This document shows, one piece after another, positions 25,291 through 38,317 of a stretch of 64,000 bases of DNA (positions within the stretch are counted from its first letter, which is position 1; each line of letters opens with the position of its first letter). Under the pieces are notes generated by a model. That model did no database searches, was not told the DNA's origin, and worked only from the letters and a program-made list of their open reading frames with translations. The translations under genes were made by a program, and so were the position numbers. Source of the DNA: Octopus sinensis (Eukaryota); the NCBI RefSeq assembly GCF_006345805.1, contig NC_043002.1, forward strand, positions 86,986,001 through 87,050,000. The letters run 5' to 3'.

Positions 25291-25848
25291 ATACTGCACT
25301 GACAATTTTTTTTTACATGGAGACATTGGGGTGTTTAAAAATCGTACGATACACAGAGAAAAAGTTATATTGTTACTCAAAGACCATTTTCAATAATCTA
25401 CAAATATGAGAACACAAGAGCGTTGCTCTTGGCGAATTAGAGTTAAAAGAAAGGTGTATAAAGAACTTTGCAGCTGAATATCTTTTCAGGCTTCGCAACG
25501 CAACTGAAAATTTAAAAAAATCGCTATTTTTGGTCGGATTTTGGATTTCATGGTTTATAAGTCGTAACGAATACATATGTCTACATAGCAGAATGTAAAA
25601 CAGTAAATATAGTAACCTTAAGAGTTTGTATACCAAGTTTCAGTACATTTGACAAATATTTTGAAGTTCCGCATTGACTATAAAGAGAAGGGGAGTGTGA
25701 ACATCTCTCCAGTGCCGTTGCAATGGTCGTTGAGTGTGGATGTACGTCGTACTTGTGTGAAGTTTTCTGCTTTGTACCTTGACTTTAGGCCATTGTATTA
25801 AAATTAATGATAGTGTTAAATTTAGTGTTGCTTACATTTAGTGATGAC

Positions 25849-26390
25849 TCATAAACCTATAACGCGTCATGGTATTTAATGCCCAATATTTGGTACACCA
25901 TGTGATCTTAGCGGGAGAGTTTTGCCAACTTACAAGTACGTGCTAAAATGCGTTTTATTTGAATGAGAAAAAGAACAGAATGTAGTTAAGAAAGATCCTT
26001 CAAATAAACAAATTGTCAAAATTGAAGCAGAAAAGATCATTCTTCTTTGGCAAAAGGCATCCATCCCTTGTGTTACGATTGAGTCAGTTAAACCGAAAAT
26101 CTTAAACTTTTATCTAAAACACCAAGCATGACTAAAATCTGTGAAAAATAGAAACAATGTGCCATCGTCTCAAAGTGTAATGTGCGTAAAAACAATGCAA
26201 CAAAAGATTTATTTGATATTTCTTGTTGGAAGTGCAACTCCTTTAAAAACTGCAGTTGTAGTAGAGACAAAAAAAGGTACCACTGAGAGAACAAGATTTT
26301 TTACAGGATCAACGGACAAATCGAAAATTGATCATTGGCGGAATAGATAAAGCAGTATCTAAACGGAACATTCAGAGGTTGATTTATAAA
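25849..26390 (+). pseudogene. N-terminal fragment of a cut-and-paste DNA transposase (hATm-like; subgroup from memory)
   Basis: CPIFGTPCDLSGRVLPTY...LWQKASIP...LFDISCWKC...CSC...KKVPLREQDFLQDQRTNRKLIIGGID, with stops and a frameshift. Confidence 0.7.
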
Positions 26391-26997
26391 ATCGGCCAGA
26401 TCACAGTCATCCTTCTACGTCAGCAAAGGAAAGTTTAAGATCTTCGGTTCAACTGACTCAATCGTAACACAAGGGACAGATGCTTTTTGCCAAAGAAGAA
26501 TGATCTTTTCTGCTACAATCTTGACAATTTGTTTAAGTTATTTTAATGTGTGTGTAATCTAGACCTCATGTAACACACATATTCGCTGACCTAGTATTAA
26601 AAATAATAAAGAAAATAAAGTCGGAAAGCCTATTCATTTCACATTATTTCGAAATTTTAAGTGCAATTGCGGAGCCTGAAGAAATTTTAAGTGCAATGCA
26701 GAGCCTGAAGAAATTTTAGAGCTTGAGATTTCAACATTCTTGTTTGTAAAAGATTTGGCAAAAGAGAATCAATCCGTAGAAATGAATGTAAAAATAAAAT
26801 GAGGAACGGCAAACGTGTTATAAATTGTATTTTCGCTCATTATTCAAAATTTCAAGTGGGCTGCGGAGCTTGAAGATGTAAATTTAAGAACTTCAGATTT
26901 TAATACAGTTGTTCTTAAAGGATTTTGCAATAAAAAATATCTTCTTCAAAAAACATATTTCGAATATCTGTGTAAAAAGTACCTTTTTCACTCCACC

Positions 26998-27108
<111 letters not shown>

Positions 27109-27182
27109 TGTATGTATGTATGTATGTATGTATGTATGTATGTATGGATGGATGTATGTATGTATGAGTGTGTGTGTGTGTA

Positions 27183-27783
27183 TACTAGCTGAATTACCCA
27201 GTAATATCCGGAAAACAGGGGTTATTTTCAGTTCCCGTTCTGCTTTTGTAGAGTCGTCCCTGTTGCTGTGAAGTTTTAAAATTGCGTCAAAATGTTCAAA
27301 TTTGGTATATTGAAATAACTTTCCACGTTAAAACTGATTTTGTTATTTATTTGTTCCAGAAAAATTGCAGTAAAATGTTCCTGGGGTTTCTTAAGTTTAA
27401 TCAGTTTTACTTAATCAGAAAACAGGATTTGGAAGCTGACATTTTCTGCACGATAGCTGTCTATCACAAAATGAAAGCAAAATCATTACGAGGAGGAATT
27501 TATATTAAACAAACGTAAGCAAAGCATTACAACGATCAAAGATGTAAAAACTTTTGAAGTTTTAATACGTTTTAATGAAAAAAAAAAAGTCACGTGAAAC
27601 GGTCGAAATAATTGTAAAAGGAAATAGATTGTCAACGAAGATTTTTTGCGAAAAATTGCACGAACCTGTCCTGATCAGGGGGCCTATCTGTCGGGGAAGG
27701 CATGGTCTGACATGGAATAAACAAAAATTTATATAAGACATTCTATTGTAAAAATTGCCCGTCAACGACGGGCTATTCAGCTG
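27183..27783. mobile_element. Segment bounded by two outward-facing Helitron-like 3' ends
   Basis: Left end (minus strand) CCGGATATTACTGGGTAATTCAGCTAG; right end (plus strand) GCCCGTCAACGACGGGCTATTCAGCTGG. Both are a hairpin followed by TTCAGCTRG. Confidence 0.4.
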
Positions 27784-27989
27784 GGATATATATATATATA
27801 TACAAAATAAGAAAATGGAGAAATACACCTTAATCAATAATCAACTACCAGATAATACCCAATCACATAATTTATTAAACCACTACATATGAACATCAAG
27901 GTCAAACATAATAGTATAGAACAAAACAATGCACATCAATGAGTAATAATGATACACTAAGTACAATATGTATAAGTGAATATAAATAA

Positions 27990-28295
<306 letters not shown>

Positions 28296-28735
28296 AGTAA
28301 CCGTGGAAAATTCTACGGTTATTTTGAAAATTGGAAGATGGAACTGAATATTTTTCGGAACCATTAGAATCTTGAGATGATGTAAAATTCCATATCAGTT
28401 ATTGACGGTGCAATGTAAAGGAACAACTCCTCTGAATAATTTTATATTCTTACGTCTTCTAGTTTGAGTTGTGTGTTATTTTTCAATTTATGATAACAAT
28501 GGAACAGTTTTAGCTATGGAACAAAATGAAAGACATTATCTATAGCTTTATTGCTTCAGTACGTTGGTAAAGTGTTAATAAATCGGTTAATGTTTACTTT
28601 AACACTCGGCCACCAAAACAAAAGAAAAAAAAATACAAGTGTAATAGCTGTAAAAAAATGTGTATTAAACGAATATAAGAACAAAAATTTGCGCCAGCGA
28701 ACCGATTATAAAGAAATTTGTGGGGAAAAACTTTT

Positions 28736-29170
28736 GAATCTTTTCGGTTTGAACGGCGGGTTTTTTTTCCAGAGGTGCCATATGAAATTGTCACCCATAA
28801 TTATGACCCTAGTATTGATATATTGCATTTCAATCTGTTTTAGGGTTAGGGTTAGTGTTAGGGGTGGGGGGAAGGGTATCTTTTTTTCTTCACAAATGTA
28901 AATAAACCCAATCTGTTTCTTAAACGAGGGACATATTCATACGGCACAGAATGTTTTTTTTTTTTTTACCTCAATAGACATCAGTGATTGGTTGAAATTG
29001 CAGAAATTGAAGAAAAAACAACAACAAATATCTTACAAACTATAGAATTTTCTCAATAAAGCCAAGAGAAAAAGATGTTTTATAAACACATTCTACCAGT
29101 ATACGAAGTTTAAAATTTTTTAGTTACCTAGAAATTATGTTTAAAACTGCCGTTCAAACCGGAAAGATCC
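28736..29170 (-). mobile_element. Merlin-type MITE copy
   Basis: Both TIRs present. Perfect 8-bp TSD aaactttt (28728-28735 and 29171-29178). Confidence 0.85.
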
Positions 29171-29780
29171 AAACTTTTTCCGAGGGAGTGGGGAGAAGAC
29201 TTTCGAAGAGAAAGAAATTCATAAATAATTTTTTTTACTTGAGTGTAATGGAAAAAAAATTGAATAGAAATTTTTATATTCATTTATTATTCGTTTCAGT
29301 AATAGAAAAAAGTTTCGAAAAAGATCCCATGTATCATGATGTGGTTTTAACCAATAGCTCCTTTTTTGGGGTTAATGTTTATGATACATATAAATCTTAA
29401 TACGGTGATTTGAAAACAAATATAAAAACACTTTACCATTCATTTGTTAGTTTTACATTTGTTATGAGACATACTGTAAACATTTTGACTGAGAACATGA
29501 TAGTTAATTCACTAAGGCGAATTCGTTCACTGATAGGTAAAAATTAAAGAGCAAACTATTAAAATTCGCCGTTCTCTTCAGTAAACACATTCTCTCTCTT
29601 CCGCTCTGTCCCTGTCTCTCATCCTCTCTCTCTCTGTCACTTACATTCCCTGTCTCTCTGTCACATTCCTTGTCTCTCTGTCTCTTTTTGTCTCCTCCCC
29701 TTCCCTGATATCAGCCACCCTCATTATGCCACCACATTACTCTCAACCTAATACTCTTTGCACCCTTCTCATTTTATAAT

Positions 29781-29947
29781 ATAGCCCAGCCCCGTAGGGG
29801 GGCCTATTTTCGATGGTTATTGAAATCCAGTTAGCCTATAATTGAACTGGGTGTTAGTTTAAACATGTATGCAAAGTTTCGTGAAGATTGGTTCGTTGTC
29901 TAGGGAGCAAGAGGGTAACAGACAGAAATTGCCATTTATGTATAAGA
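29781..29947 (-). mobile_element. Short Helitron-like element
   Basis: Minus strand starts A|TCTTATACATAAATGGCAATTTCTGTCTG and ends with a CCCCCTACGGGG hairpin. The terminus CTAT is non-canonical. Confidence 0.45.
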
Positions 29948-30302
29948 TATGCAAAAATCTAATTGGTACACACACACGCGCGCGCGCACGCACACACACA
30001 CACACAAGATAAAAATGAAGAGGTGGAAGTACGCAAGTTTTCACTAGAAGTGTGTATTGCGGGTGTTTCGGGGTGTAGGATGTTATAACATTGAAGAAAA
30101 ATACAATAAAATGTGGTGGCTTGTATTCCAAACGAAAGATGTGGAAATGGTTAGACGTTTAGAAAAGCAAGGATTAAAAAATCCACCTGCGAGTGTTTTG
30201 GAATGTGGAAAATCCCGACTCCCCACCCAAAAAACTCGAGAAATTCCGATTTATGCAAAGACAGCTTTTCTGAAAATCTGATAAGTATAAATCAAATGGT
30301 TT

Positions 30303-30329
<27 letters not shown>

Positions 30330-30375
<46 letters not shown>

Positions 30376-30560
30376 TGTGTATGTGTGTTCGTCCCCTACC
30401 ACCGCTTGACAACCAGTGTTGAAGTGTTTACATCCCCGTTAGCTAGCGCTTCAGCAAAGACACCGATAGAATAAATATCAGGCTTAAAAGAATGTATTGG
30501 CGGCAAAATTCATCAAGTTGGTGCTCCAGCTTGTCCGCTGTCTTATGAGTAAAACACGTA
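30330..30560 (+). mobile_element. SINE family A, diverged 3' half
   Basis: GCTTGACAACC...GATAGAATAA...GGTGCTCCAGC motifs. Confidence 0.7.
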
Positions 30561-30708
30561 AACAACAGAAGATAAATTATATATACAGTAATCTTTCGTC
30601 TATCGCGAGTGCTACGTTCCAAAGCCTCCCACTATAGGTGAAAATTCGCTAAGTAGAAACAGTACTGTACTGTCATTTAAAAAAAATAATTTTTATAATT
30701 TGTATATA

Positions 30709-31117
30709 CTCTTTTTACTCTTTTACTCTTTTACTTGTTTCAGTCATTTGACTGCGGCCATGCTGGAGCACCGCCTTTAGACGAGCAAATCGACCCCAGG
30801 ACTTATTCTTTGTAAGCCCAGTACTTATTCTATCGGTGTCTTTTGCCGAACCGCTAAGTGACGAGGACGTAAACACACCACCATCGGTTGTCAAGCAATG
30901 CTAGGAGGACAAACACACACAAACACACACACATACATATATATACATATATACGACAGGCTTCTTTCAGTTTCCGTCTACCAAATCCACTCACAAGGCA
31001 TTGGTCGGCCCGGGGCTATAGCAGAAGACACTTGCCTAAGATGCCACGCAGTGGGACTGAACCCGGAACCATGTGGTTGGTTAGCAAGCTACTTACCACA
31101 CAGCTACTCCTGCGCCC
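30709..31117 (-). mobile_element. SINE family A, full length
   Basis: Same head, core and tail as 24828-25290, inverted. Confidence 0.9.
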
Positions 31118-31510
31118 ATTTATTTTATTATAAATGCAATACAACACCTCAGAGGAATCGAAGTATAATGGCTTAAATCATAAACCGCGATAAGTGAACC
31201 GCGATAAGTGAACCATGATATGGCGAGGGATACTGTAATCTAAATGTTCGTATCGAGCATAAGAGCCTTGATAAAATACGATTTTATGAAATAAACAAGA
31301 CAAACAAATAAAAATATTTTAATATGTTTCCTTTAAATATCTGTTTAATTTTTGTTGTTCTTTCTATGATAATTTCTTTGGATTGAAAAATTTTGTTAAT
31401 GGTTGGTAGATACTGAAAATTAATTTTATCGTTAACACTGGTAATCTTTTCACAATCGACTTTAAATGTTTCTTATCTCTCCTAATTCGATCATTGAAAA
31501 TATACATAAT

Positions 31511-31923
31511 GGAGTGGCTGTGGGAGTGGCTGTGTGGTAAGTAGCTTGCTTACTGACCACATGGTTCAGGGTGCAGTCCCACTACGTGACACCTTGGGCA
31601 AGTGTCTTCTACTATAGCCTCGGGCCGACCAAAGCCTTGTGAGTGGATTTGGTAGACGGAAACTGAAAGAAGCCCGTCGTATATATGTATATATATGTAT
31701 GTGTGAGTATGTGTTTGTGTGTCTGTGCTTGTCCTCCCAACATCGCTTGACAACTGATGCTGGTGTGTTTACATCCCCGTAACTTAGTGGTTCGGCAAAA
31801 GAGACCGATAGAATAAGTACTAGGCTTACAAAGAATAAGTACTGGGGTCGATTTGCTCGACTAAAGGTGGTGCTCCAGCATGGCCACAGTCAAATGACTG
31901 AAACAAGTAAAAGAGTAAAGAGT
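31511..31923 (+). mobile_element. SINE family A, full length
   Basis: Same head, core and tail. Confidence 0.9.
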
Positions 31924-31929
31924 ATAATC

Positions 31930-32140
31930 TTTTCTACTCTCGGTACAAGGCCTGAAATTTTGAGGGGAGGGGCTAGTCGATTACTTCAACCCCGGTGCGT
32001 AACTTGTACTTATTTTATCGACTTCGAAAGAAAGGCAAAGTCGACCTCGGCGGAATTTGAGCTCAGAACATAAACACGAACGAAATACCTCTAAGCATTT
32101 TGTCCGACGTGCTAGCGATTCTGTCAGCTCGTTGCCTTAT
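31930..32140 (-). mobile_element. SINE family B copy
   Basis: GGCAAAGTCGACCTCGGCGGAATTTGAGCTCAGAAC...GACGTGCTAGCGATTCTGTCAGCTCG. Confidence 0.8.
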
Positions 32141-32201
32141 TGAAAATGTACATAACGCCATCCAGGTTTTGAACAGTTTCTACTAGAATATAAACATGGT
32201 T

Positions 32202-32665
32202 ATTAATAGTTATCGCCAAGCTAACATGGCAGTCCAGAAAAATAGGACGAATGCTGCCGTTGATTAGCTCCAAGAGGCCATCGCCTCTAGCTAGCTATGT
32301 GACACACAAACCTGTGTCCATTATAACCTTCGAACAGGAGAGGTCAGCAGCTTCCCCTTGCTGGTCTAGCATCCATAGACTACTTTCGAGGTGTCTGCCT
32401 CTTATCAATGTGGAGTAGCCGAACCCAGCAGGCGTCGTTGCTGACTGACTGTTCGAAGGATTATTTACCTAAATTCAGTGGAATACATCCACTGGTTTTC
32501 AAAAATAGAAATATCATTATTTCTAGTTCTCTCTAAAGGAGACTACGGCAGCGGTCCAGAAAAATAGGACGAATGATGCCGTTGATTAGCTCCAACTATT
32601 AATATCCAGTACCGCTGCCGTAGTCTCCTTTAGAGAGAATTACAAATAATGATATTTCTATTATT
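32202..32665. mobile_element. 464-bp non-coding insertion with a 14-bp TSD, built from tandem and inverted modules
   Basis: Flanking direct repeat ATATAAACATGGTT at 32188-32201 and 32666-32679. Inverted arms 32504-32555 and 32611-32662. Related to 7789-8003. Confidence 0.7.
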
Positions 32666-32784
32666 ATATAAACATGGTTCCTTACAACTTGATCTTGTTC
32701 CTCTCTTTAGAAGAATAAGACTTATTCTCAATCAGTAACATCTTTGTTTATTTATATCCTTTCATAACTGAGCAGTTTTATAAG

Positions 32785-33162
32785 ATGCGTAGCCGTATTT
32801 CGTCTGCCGTTACGTTCTGAGTTCAAATTCCGCCGAGGTCAACTTTGCCTTTCATCCTTTCGGGGTCGATAAATTAAGTACCAGTTACGCACTGGGGTCG
32901 ATGTAATCGACTTAATTCGTTTGTCTGTCCTTGTTTGTCCCCTCTGTGTGTAGCCCCTTGTGGGTAGTAAAGAAATAGGTATTTCGTCTGCCGCTACGTT
33001 CTGTGTTCAAATACCGCTGAGGTCGACTTTGCCTTTCATCCTTTCGAGGTCGATAAATTAAGTACCAGTTACGCACTGGGGTCGATGTAATCGACTTAAT
33101 CCGTTTGTCTATCCTTGTTTGTCCCTTCTGTGTTTAGCCCCTTGTAGGTAGTAAAGAAATAG
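32785..33162 (+). mobile_element. SINE family B head-to-tail dimer
   Basis: ATTTCGTCTGCC at 32797 and 32981, a 184-bp period. Confidence 0.9.
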
Positions 33163-33568
33163 ATAATTATGGTTAAGACAATGGAAGATTGGAGTTTGAT
33201 AATTTACCTTCTGATTCTTGTCGATTATTTTTACTCTTGGCTGGTTTTTATGGTTTTTATTTAATGATTTTAGTTGGAATTGATTTCAATTGAACTCCTT
33301 ATTGGGAGAGCATTTACCAGTTGACTTTAACAACACTGGGAAACATAAACGGATGTAAGAGTAAGTACAGATTTAGAGTCTAAATACTTTTTATTCAACC
33401 AAAAATGCAAGATGAAGTTTCACCAGCAGTGGCTCGTCAGTTGTACAATCTGATAATTTGCTGCTGGCAAAAACTTGTTCGCCTGTCATCTTGAATGAAA
33501 TTTATAGCTATTAAGCTTTTTGCAGGATCATTTTTGCTAATTCATCTGTTGTTATCTTTCCCATAATT

Positions 33569-35104
33569 CCCCCCCACCCCCACTTTTTTTAAATCGAAAA
33601 CTCACCTCGAGTTAATTAAAAGATATGAAACACCGTAGGTGAAAAGAATTCTAATAAAAATATCTCAAAAACTGATAACCACGAATTATTATATTTGTCA
33701 AGTTGTATTATTTTATTTACTTTCAGTTTGTTTCACTTTGTTGTCGCCATTTTATATGTTCAAAGATTGGTTTCTATCATGGACTACAAAGCCAATTCAT
33801 CCTTTGTCGTCTTTAAGACACAATGGCAAGTGATTTGATGAAGATCTGGTTGTATTTTATACATTTTCTAATGATTGTGTAGTGGCTCTCCGTTTTCGCT
33901 TGGCTGTTGCAGTTGCTATTTATCCCCCAAATAGTCCTCGATCGAACGTACATATGACGAAAAGCATTCCTGATGTAACCATCCCGCCCCTTTCCTTGGC
34001 ACAATACACGGAGAGTCACATTGTGACCGGACATCCAAATCATTGTTATTTGCTTATTATTTTCAAATATATGGTTATCAGCTTTCAATAGTTTCTTTTC
34101 AATCTTGAACATAATCTCTTTTTCTTGATTAAAATAATTCTAGATTAGATAAACTATCAGTAAATAATAAACAAAAAGAAGCCTTTTTCTCTTGGTATTT
34201 CTTCAGCAGCGCCACATATTACAAAATCTCGATGTAATTTTAAGCTGGAATTGTAATATGATGAAGATTTGATGTAGCTGCACAGCCTATATTCTTTGAA
34301 TAACTGACACAAATATTTATTATTTTAATATTACTTTTCTTGGGCTTTTAATTTTTTTAATTTCCGTATGTCTGTTCATATTTCGCGAAGAAAGCGACAC
34401 CAATCCCCACTATCTACAAATGACATTATAATAAATTTGATGTCGCTTCCACACTAATCCAATAGCATAATTTACATATATGCATAAATCAATGCTTTCG
34501 TCTTTTTATATATATATGCTTCATGTTAAACTTTCACTTTTCTAACTCAGATATAACATTTTCAATAATTTTGAATCTTGGGCATCTACAAATAGTAACC
34601 ACATCTTTCCCAAGTTTACACTCTGCTGCCTGGAAAAGATGAACACATTGGATCATGTGACTCTCCGTGTATTGTGCTTAGGAAAGCGACGGGATGGTTA
34701 CATCAGGAATGCATTTCATCATATGTATGTTTGATCGAAGACTATTTGGGGGATAAATAACAACTGCAACAGCCAAACGAAAACGGAGAGCCACTGCACA
34801 ATCATTAGAAAATTTTTAAAATAGCAACCTAATCTTCGTCAAATCACTTGCCATTGTGTCTTAAAGACGACAAAGGATGCATTGGCTTTTTAGTCCATGA
34901 TACAAACCAATCCTTGAACATGTAGAATGACGACAACAAAGTGAAACAAACTGAAAGTAAATAAAATAATACAAATTGACAAATATAAAAATTCATGATT
35001 ATTAGTTTTTGAGATATTTTTATTAGAATTCTTTTCCTCTACGGTGTTTCATATCTTTTAATTAACTCGAGGCGAGTTTCCGAATAGAAAAAGGGGGGGG
35101 GGGG
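33569..35104. repeat. Long inverted repeat, about 450-bp arms and 630-bp spacer
   Basis: 33569-34021 aligns to the reverse complement of 34655-35104 with scattered substitutions. C-run on the left, G-run on the right. Confidence 0.85.
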
Positions 35105-36419
35105 AAAGAGGTATTTTTACGAGGCAAGAATAAAAAGTGTTTCTAATAACTTATTGACTATTTTTTTTTACTTTGCATATAAGTTTCTAGTTTAATGAAG
35201 TTTTCAAAAAATATCTAAAAGTATATCTTCTCTCTCATTTCTAATTATTTGAAATCTTCCTGCAGGGAAGGGCTGATTTCTAACAAAGATACAAAGCTTC
35301 AACGTTGGAATATAGATAACAAAAGCAAATTCACGTTTTGCACTCGAGAATGTCATGCATATTGTTACTGTTTCACTTAGAGATTGTAATTGTAATGTGC
35401 GAGGTTGATTTATTTTGCTAGAAACCCCAGCTTATCCTGAGTGTCCCTTAGGCATTTGTTCATAAAGTCAAGAGCACCAATTATTATTTGTATAGATGTA
35501 AATTTATAATCTGGATATAGAAGCTATAGATTTCGAAGCAGTTGTCTGTAGTTATCCTCTTTCTCTTCCATTTTCGAAGAGATATTCACATCAGCAGGGA
35601 ATCTGACCTGTATAACAGTACATAATTTTTCTTATCTGTCCCAAACAATATCGGCCTCTTATATTTGCACTTGATAGAAGTTTTGATGGGAATGTTCCAC
35701 CAATGTTCCTTGAGTTGATTTTTATATATCTATTTAATAAAAGGAGGATTCTGGGATATTTTCTGCTTGGTTGCCAAGATTTCAAAAATTAAAGTTTATT
35801 GAAAATTTTAAAATTTGGTACATTAATGTAGATTTCCAAGCTGAATTGCTGGAGTTATTTCACTTTTTCCAGAAAATCAAAAAAAAAAAAAAGTTATAGA
35901 TATTCAAAGTTTGATCATTTTCACCCAATCAGGAAACAGGATTTGTAATCTGTCATTTTGTGCGTGCCTGTACATTTAGTCAGCGTCCTGAAAATAGCAC
36001 TTGCGTTTTTATATGAAACCGTAAACAAATGAATTACACACGACATATAACTCCTCATAATTTTTTTAAATATTTTTCTGAGTTTTCAGAAAATTTTTGC
36101 GAATTTGTATTCAACACACGGAACTTCATACGATTAAGCAAAAAAAAAAAACAATTATGGGGGTGCATGATTTAAGGCCTATTTAGCTGTTATTTTCAGC
36201 ACACCTCACAACCACTGCGATGACAAAAAAAAAAACCCAACAAACGAGTAAACAGCACGTATTTTGTAGCTTTAAACATTCGATAGGCATTTAATGCAAG
36301 AAACAGTACATTACAAATGAAATATTTCTCAAATAAGGAACTTATAGCACAAACTTAAAAGATTTATCTAAAAACAAAATAGCCCATTACAAATTAAATG
36401 TTTTAAAAAAAACAAGTAT

Positions 36420-36772
36420 CTCCAACATTAACTGGATAACGGAGCAAGTCCTCCGCACATACTTCCCTAACAAAGCTGTTATAATCAACAGCTATGCAAT
36501 GGCTCATCTCCAGTTCTTCAACCCAAAACTGGACTGAAGTCAAATCCTTAACCCATAAGAAAAGGAAAAGTACTACAGTCCTAAGAAGAAGGGTGCTAAC
36601 TTCGAACCATGTCTTTCCTTACTGACACAGACTCCATGTATCCTTGGTGCATGCATCGCCAATACATATTCCCACCGCGTTTTCTTGTACTCATAAAATG
36701 CATCTTCGCTTTGCATAATTTTTTTGTATAACACCCTTTTCTTGCAAGTACGAAACCGCATCCTCCTCTGGT
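36420..36772 (-). pseudogene. Merlin (IS1016/ISXO2-like) transposase N-terminal fragment
   Basis: Across frameshifts: PEEDAVSYLQEKGVI..CKAKMHF...YWRCMHQGYMESVSVRK.TWFEVSTL...LFLWVKDLTS...ELEMSHCIAVDYNSFVREVCAEDLLRYP. Matches the WRC/SIRKGTWF and VDWxNFxREVC pattern of Merlin transposases. Confidence 0.7.
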
Positions 36773-37595
36773 GCGTAATTTATGGTTTATTTGGCTGCTA
36801 TTTTTAGGACATATGACAACCATCTCAAATACTGTACCATATTGGTCAACACGTGCTTTCTCGCAGACAAAAGAGTTCTCATGTGTGGCTTGTCACTACG
36901 GAAACAGGCATGAATATATATCTGTGGCTTACGATTGGTTAAAATTACCAAAAAATTTCAAACTTTGATAGCTAATAACTCTTTATTTATTGATTTATGG
37001 CGAAAATGATTTTCATGGCATCGATTAGCATATAAAAGCGTTTCATTACACTGAATAAGAAATCAATTCGAACACAAATTGACTTTGGCAGCCAAACAAA
37101 AATGATCCGAATTCTGAATATTTATCTCAGGACGGACCTCATACATTGTTGATCCACTACTATATTTCATCATTGTTTCTGGCTCATCTCTTCTAATCGT
37201 AGTCCCACTTGTCCATACTTGCCAATTGCATATTGGAAAGAGTTCTTTCAAAGACCGAGTAAGTAGTTCTGACCATTAGTCCATAGCTGGAATTTGAACT
37301 TAGAACGTAAAAAACTAGAACAGACCCTTCAAATCATTTCTAACGTTCTAACAGTTCTGCTAACTTACTCTCCTGGTTTTGTACTTATCGATCCGGAAAG
37401 AATGCAAAAGAAAGAAAAAAATTAGAAGCAAAATTTTACTTCGATGGTAATCGAATTCACACTACAAGCACCTCCCACCAAGTATAATGTAACTGTGTGT
37501 TTGTTTGGTGGAAAAAATAGGAGAAATGAAACTCAATGCATAAGAATATATTATGAACTCTTCCATCGTCTAATAACTAGGTCTGAGTATACTTA

Positions 37596-37985
37596 GCATG
37601 CCGAGCGAAATGCTTTGCGGTATTTCGTCTGCTGTTACGTTCTGAGTTCAAATTCCGCCGAGGTCGACTTTGTCTTTCATCCTTTCGGGGTCGATAAATT
37701 AAGTGCCAGTTACACACTGGGGTCGATATAATCGACTTAATCCGTTTGTCTGTCCTTGTTTGTCCTCTCTGTGTTTAGCCCCTTGTGGGTAGTAAAGAAA
37801 TAGGTATTTCGTCTGCCGTTATGTTCTGAGTTCAAATTCCGCTGAGGTCGACTTTGCCTTTCACCCTTTCGGGGTCGATTAAATAAGTACCAGTTACGCA
37901 CTGGGGTAGATATAATCGACTTAATCCGTTTGTTTGTCCTTGTTTGTCTTCTCTGTGTTTAGCTCCTTGTGGGCAGAAAAGAAAT
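37596..37985 (+). mobile_element. SINE family B head-to-tail dimer
   Basis: ATTTCGTCTG at 37622 and 37806 (184-bp period), same junction as 32785-33162. Confidence 0.9.
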
Positions 37986-38317
37986 AAACATAAATACATT
38001 AGAGTATATATACGCGCATACATGCATGCATGCACAAATGAGTTGTAAAGTGACTCCAGAGCCGAAAGTTTTGTGTACACACATGTGCACACTCTCTCAT
38101 ACACACAGAACGTCATGAACGCCGAGTCATTATAACACTGGTGAACAATAAAATGAAACCAGTGTAAAATATTTCATCAGCTGTAGGATAATCAAATGCA
38201 AACAGTACAATAAACAATAACAATGACAGCTACGCATACCAGAACATTTATTTAGCAAGCTTGGGCTAGGAAGTGACCTGAATTTCTTAATTTTCCGGTT
38301 TTCTAAACCAAGGATTT

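Noticed and set aside
32785-33162. CRISPR-like or other prokaryotic repeat-spacer array here or elsewhere
   Set aside because: Repeats are SINE multimers and microsatellites with no unique spacers, and there are no cas-like ORFs; the DNA is eukaryotic.
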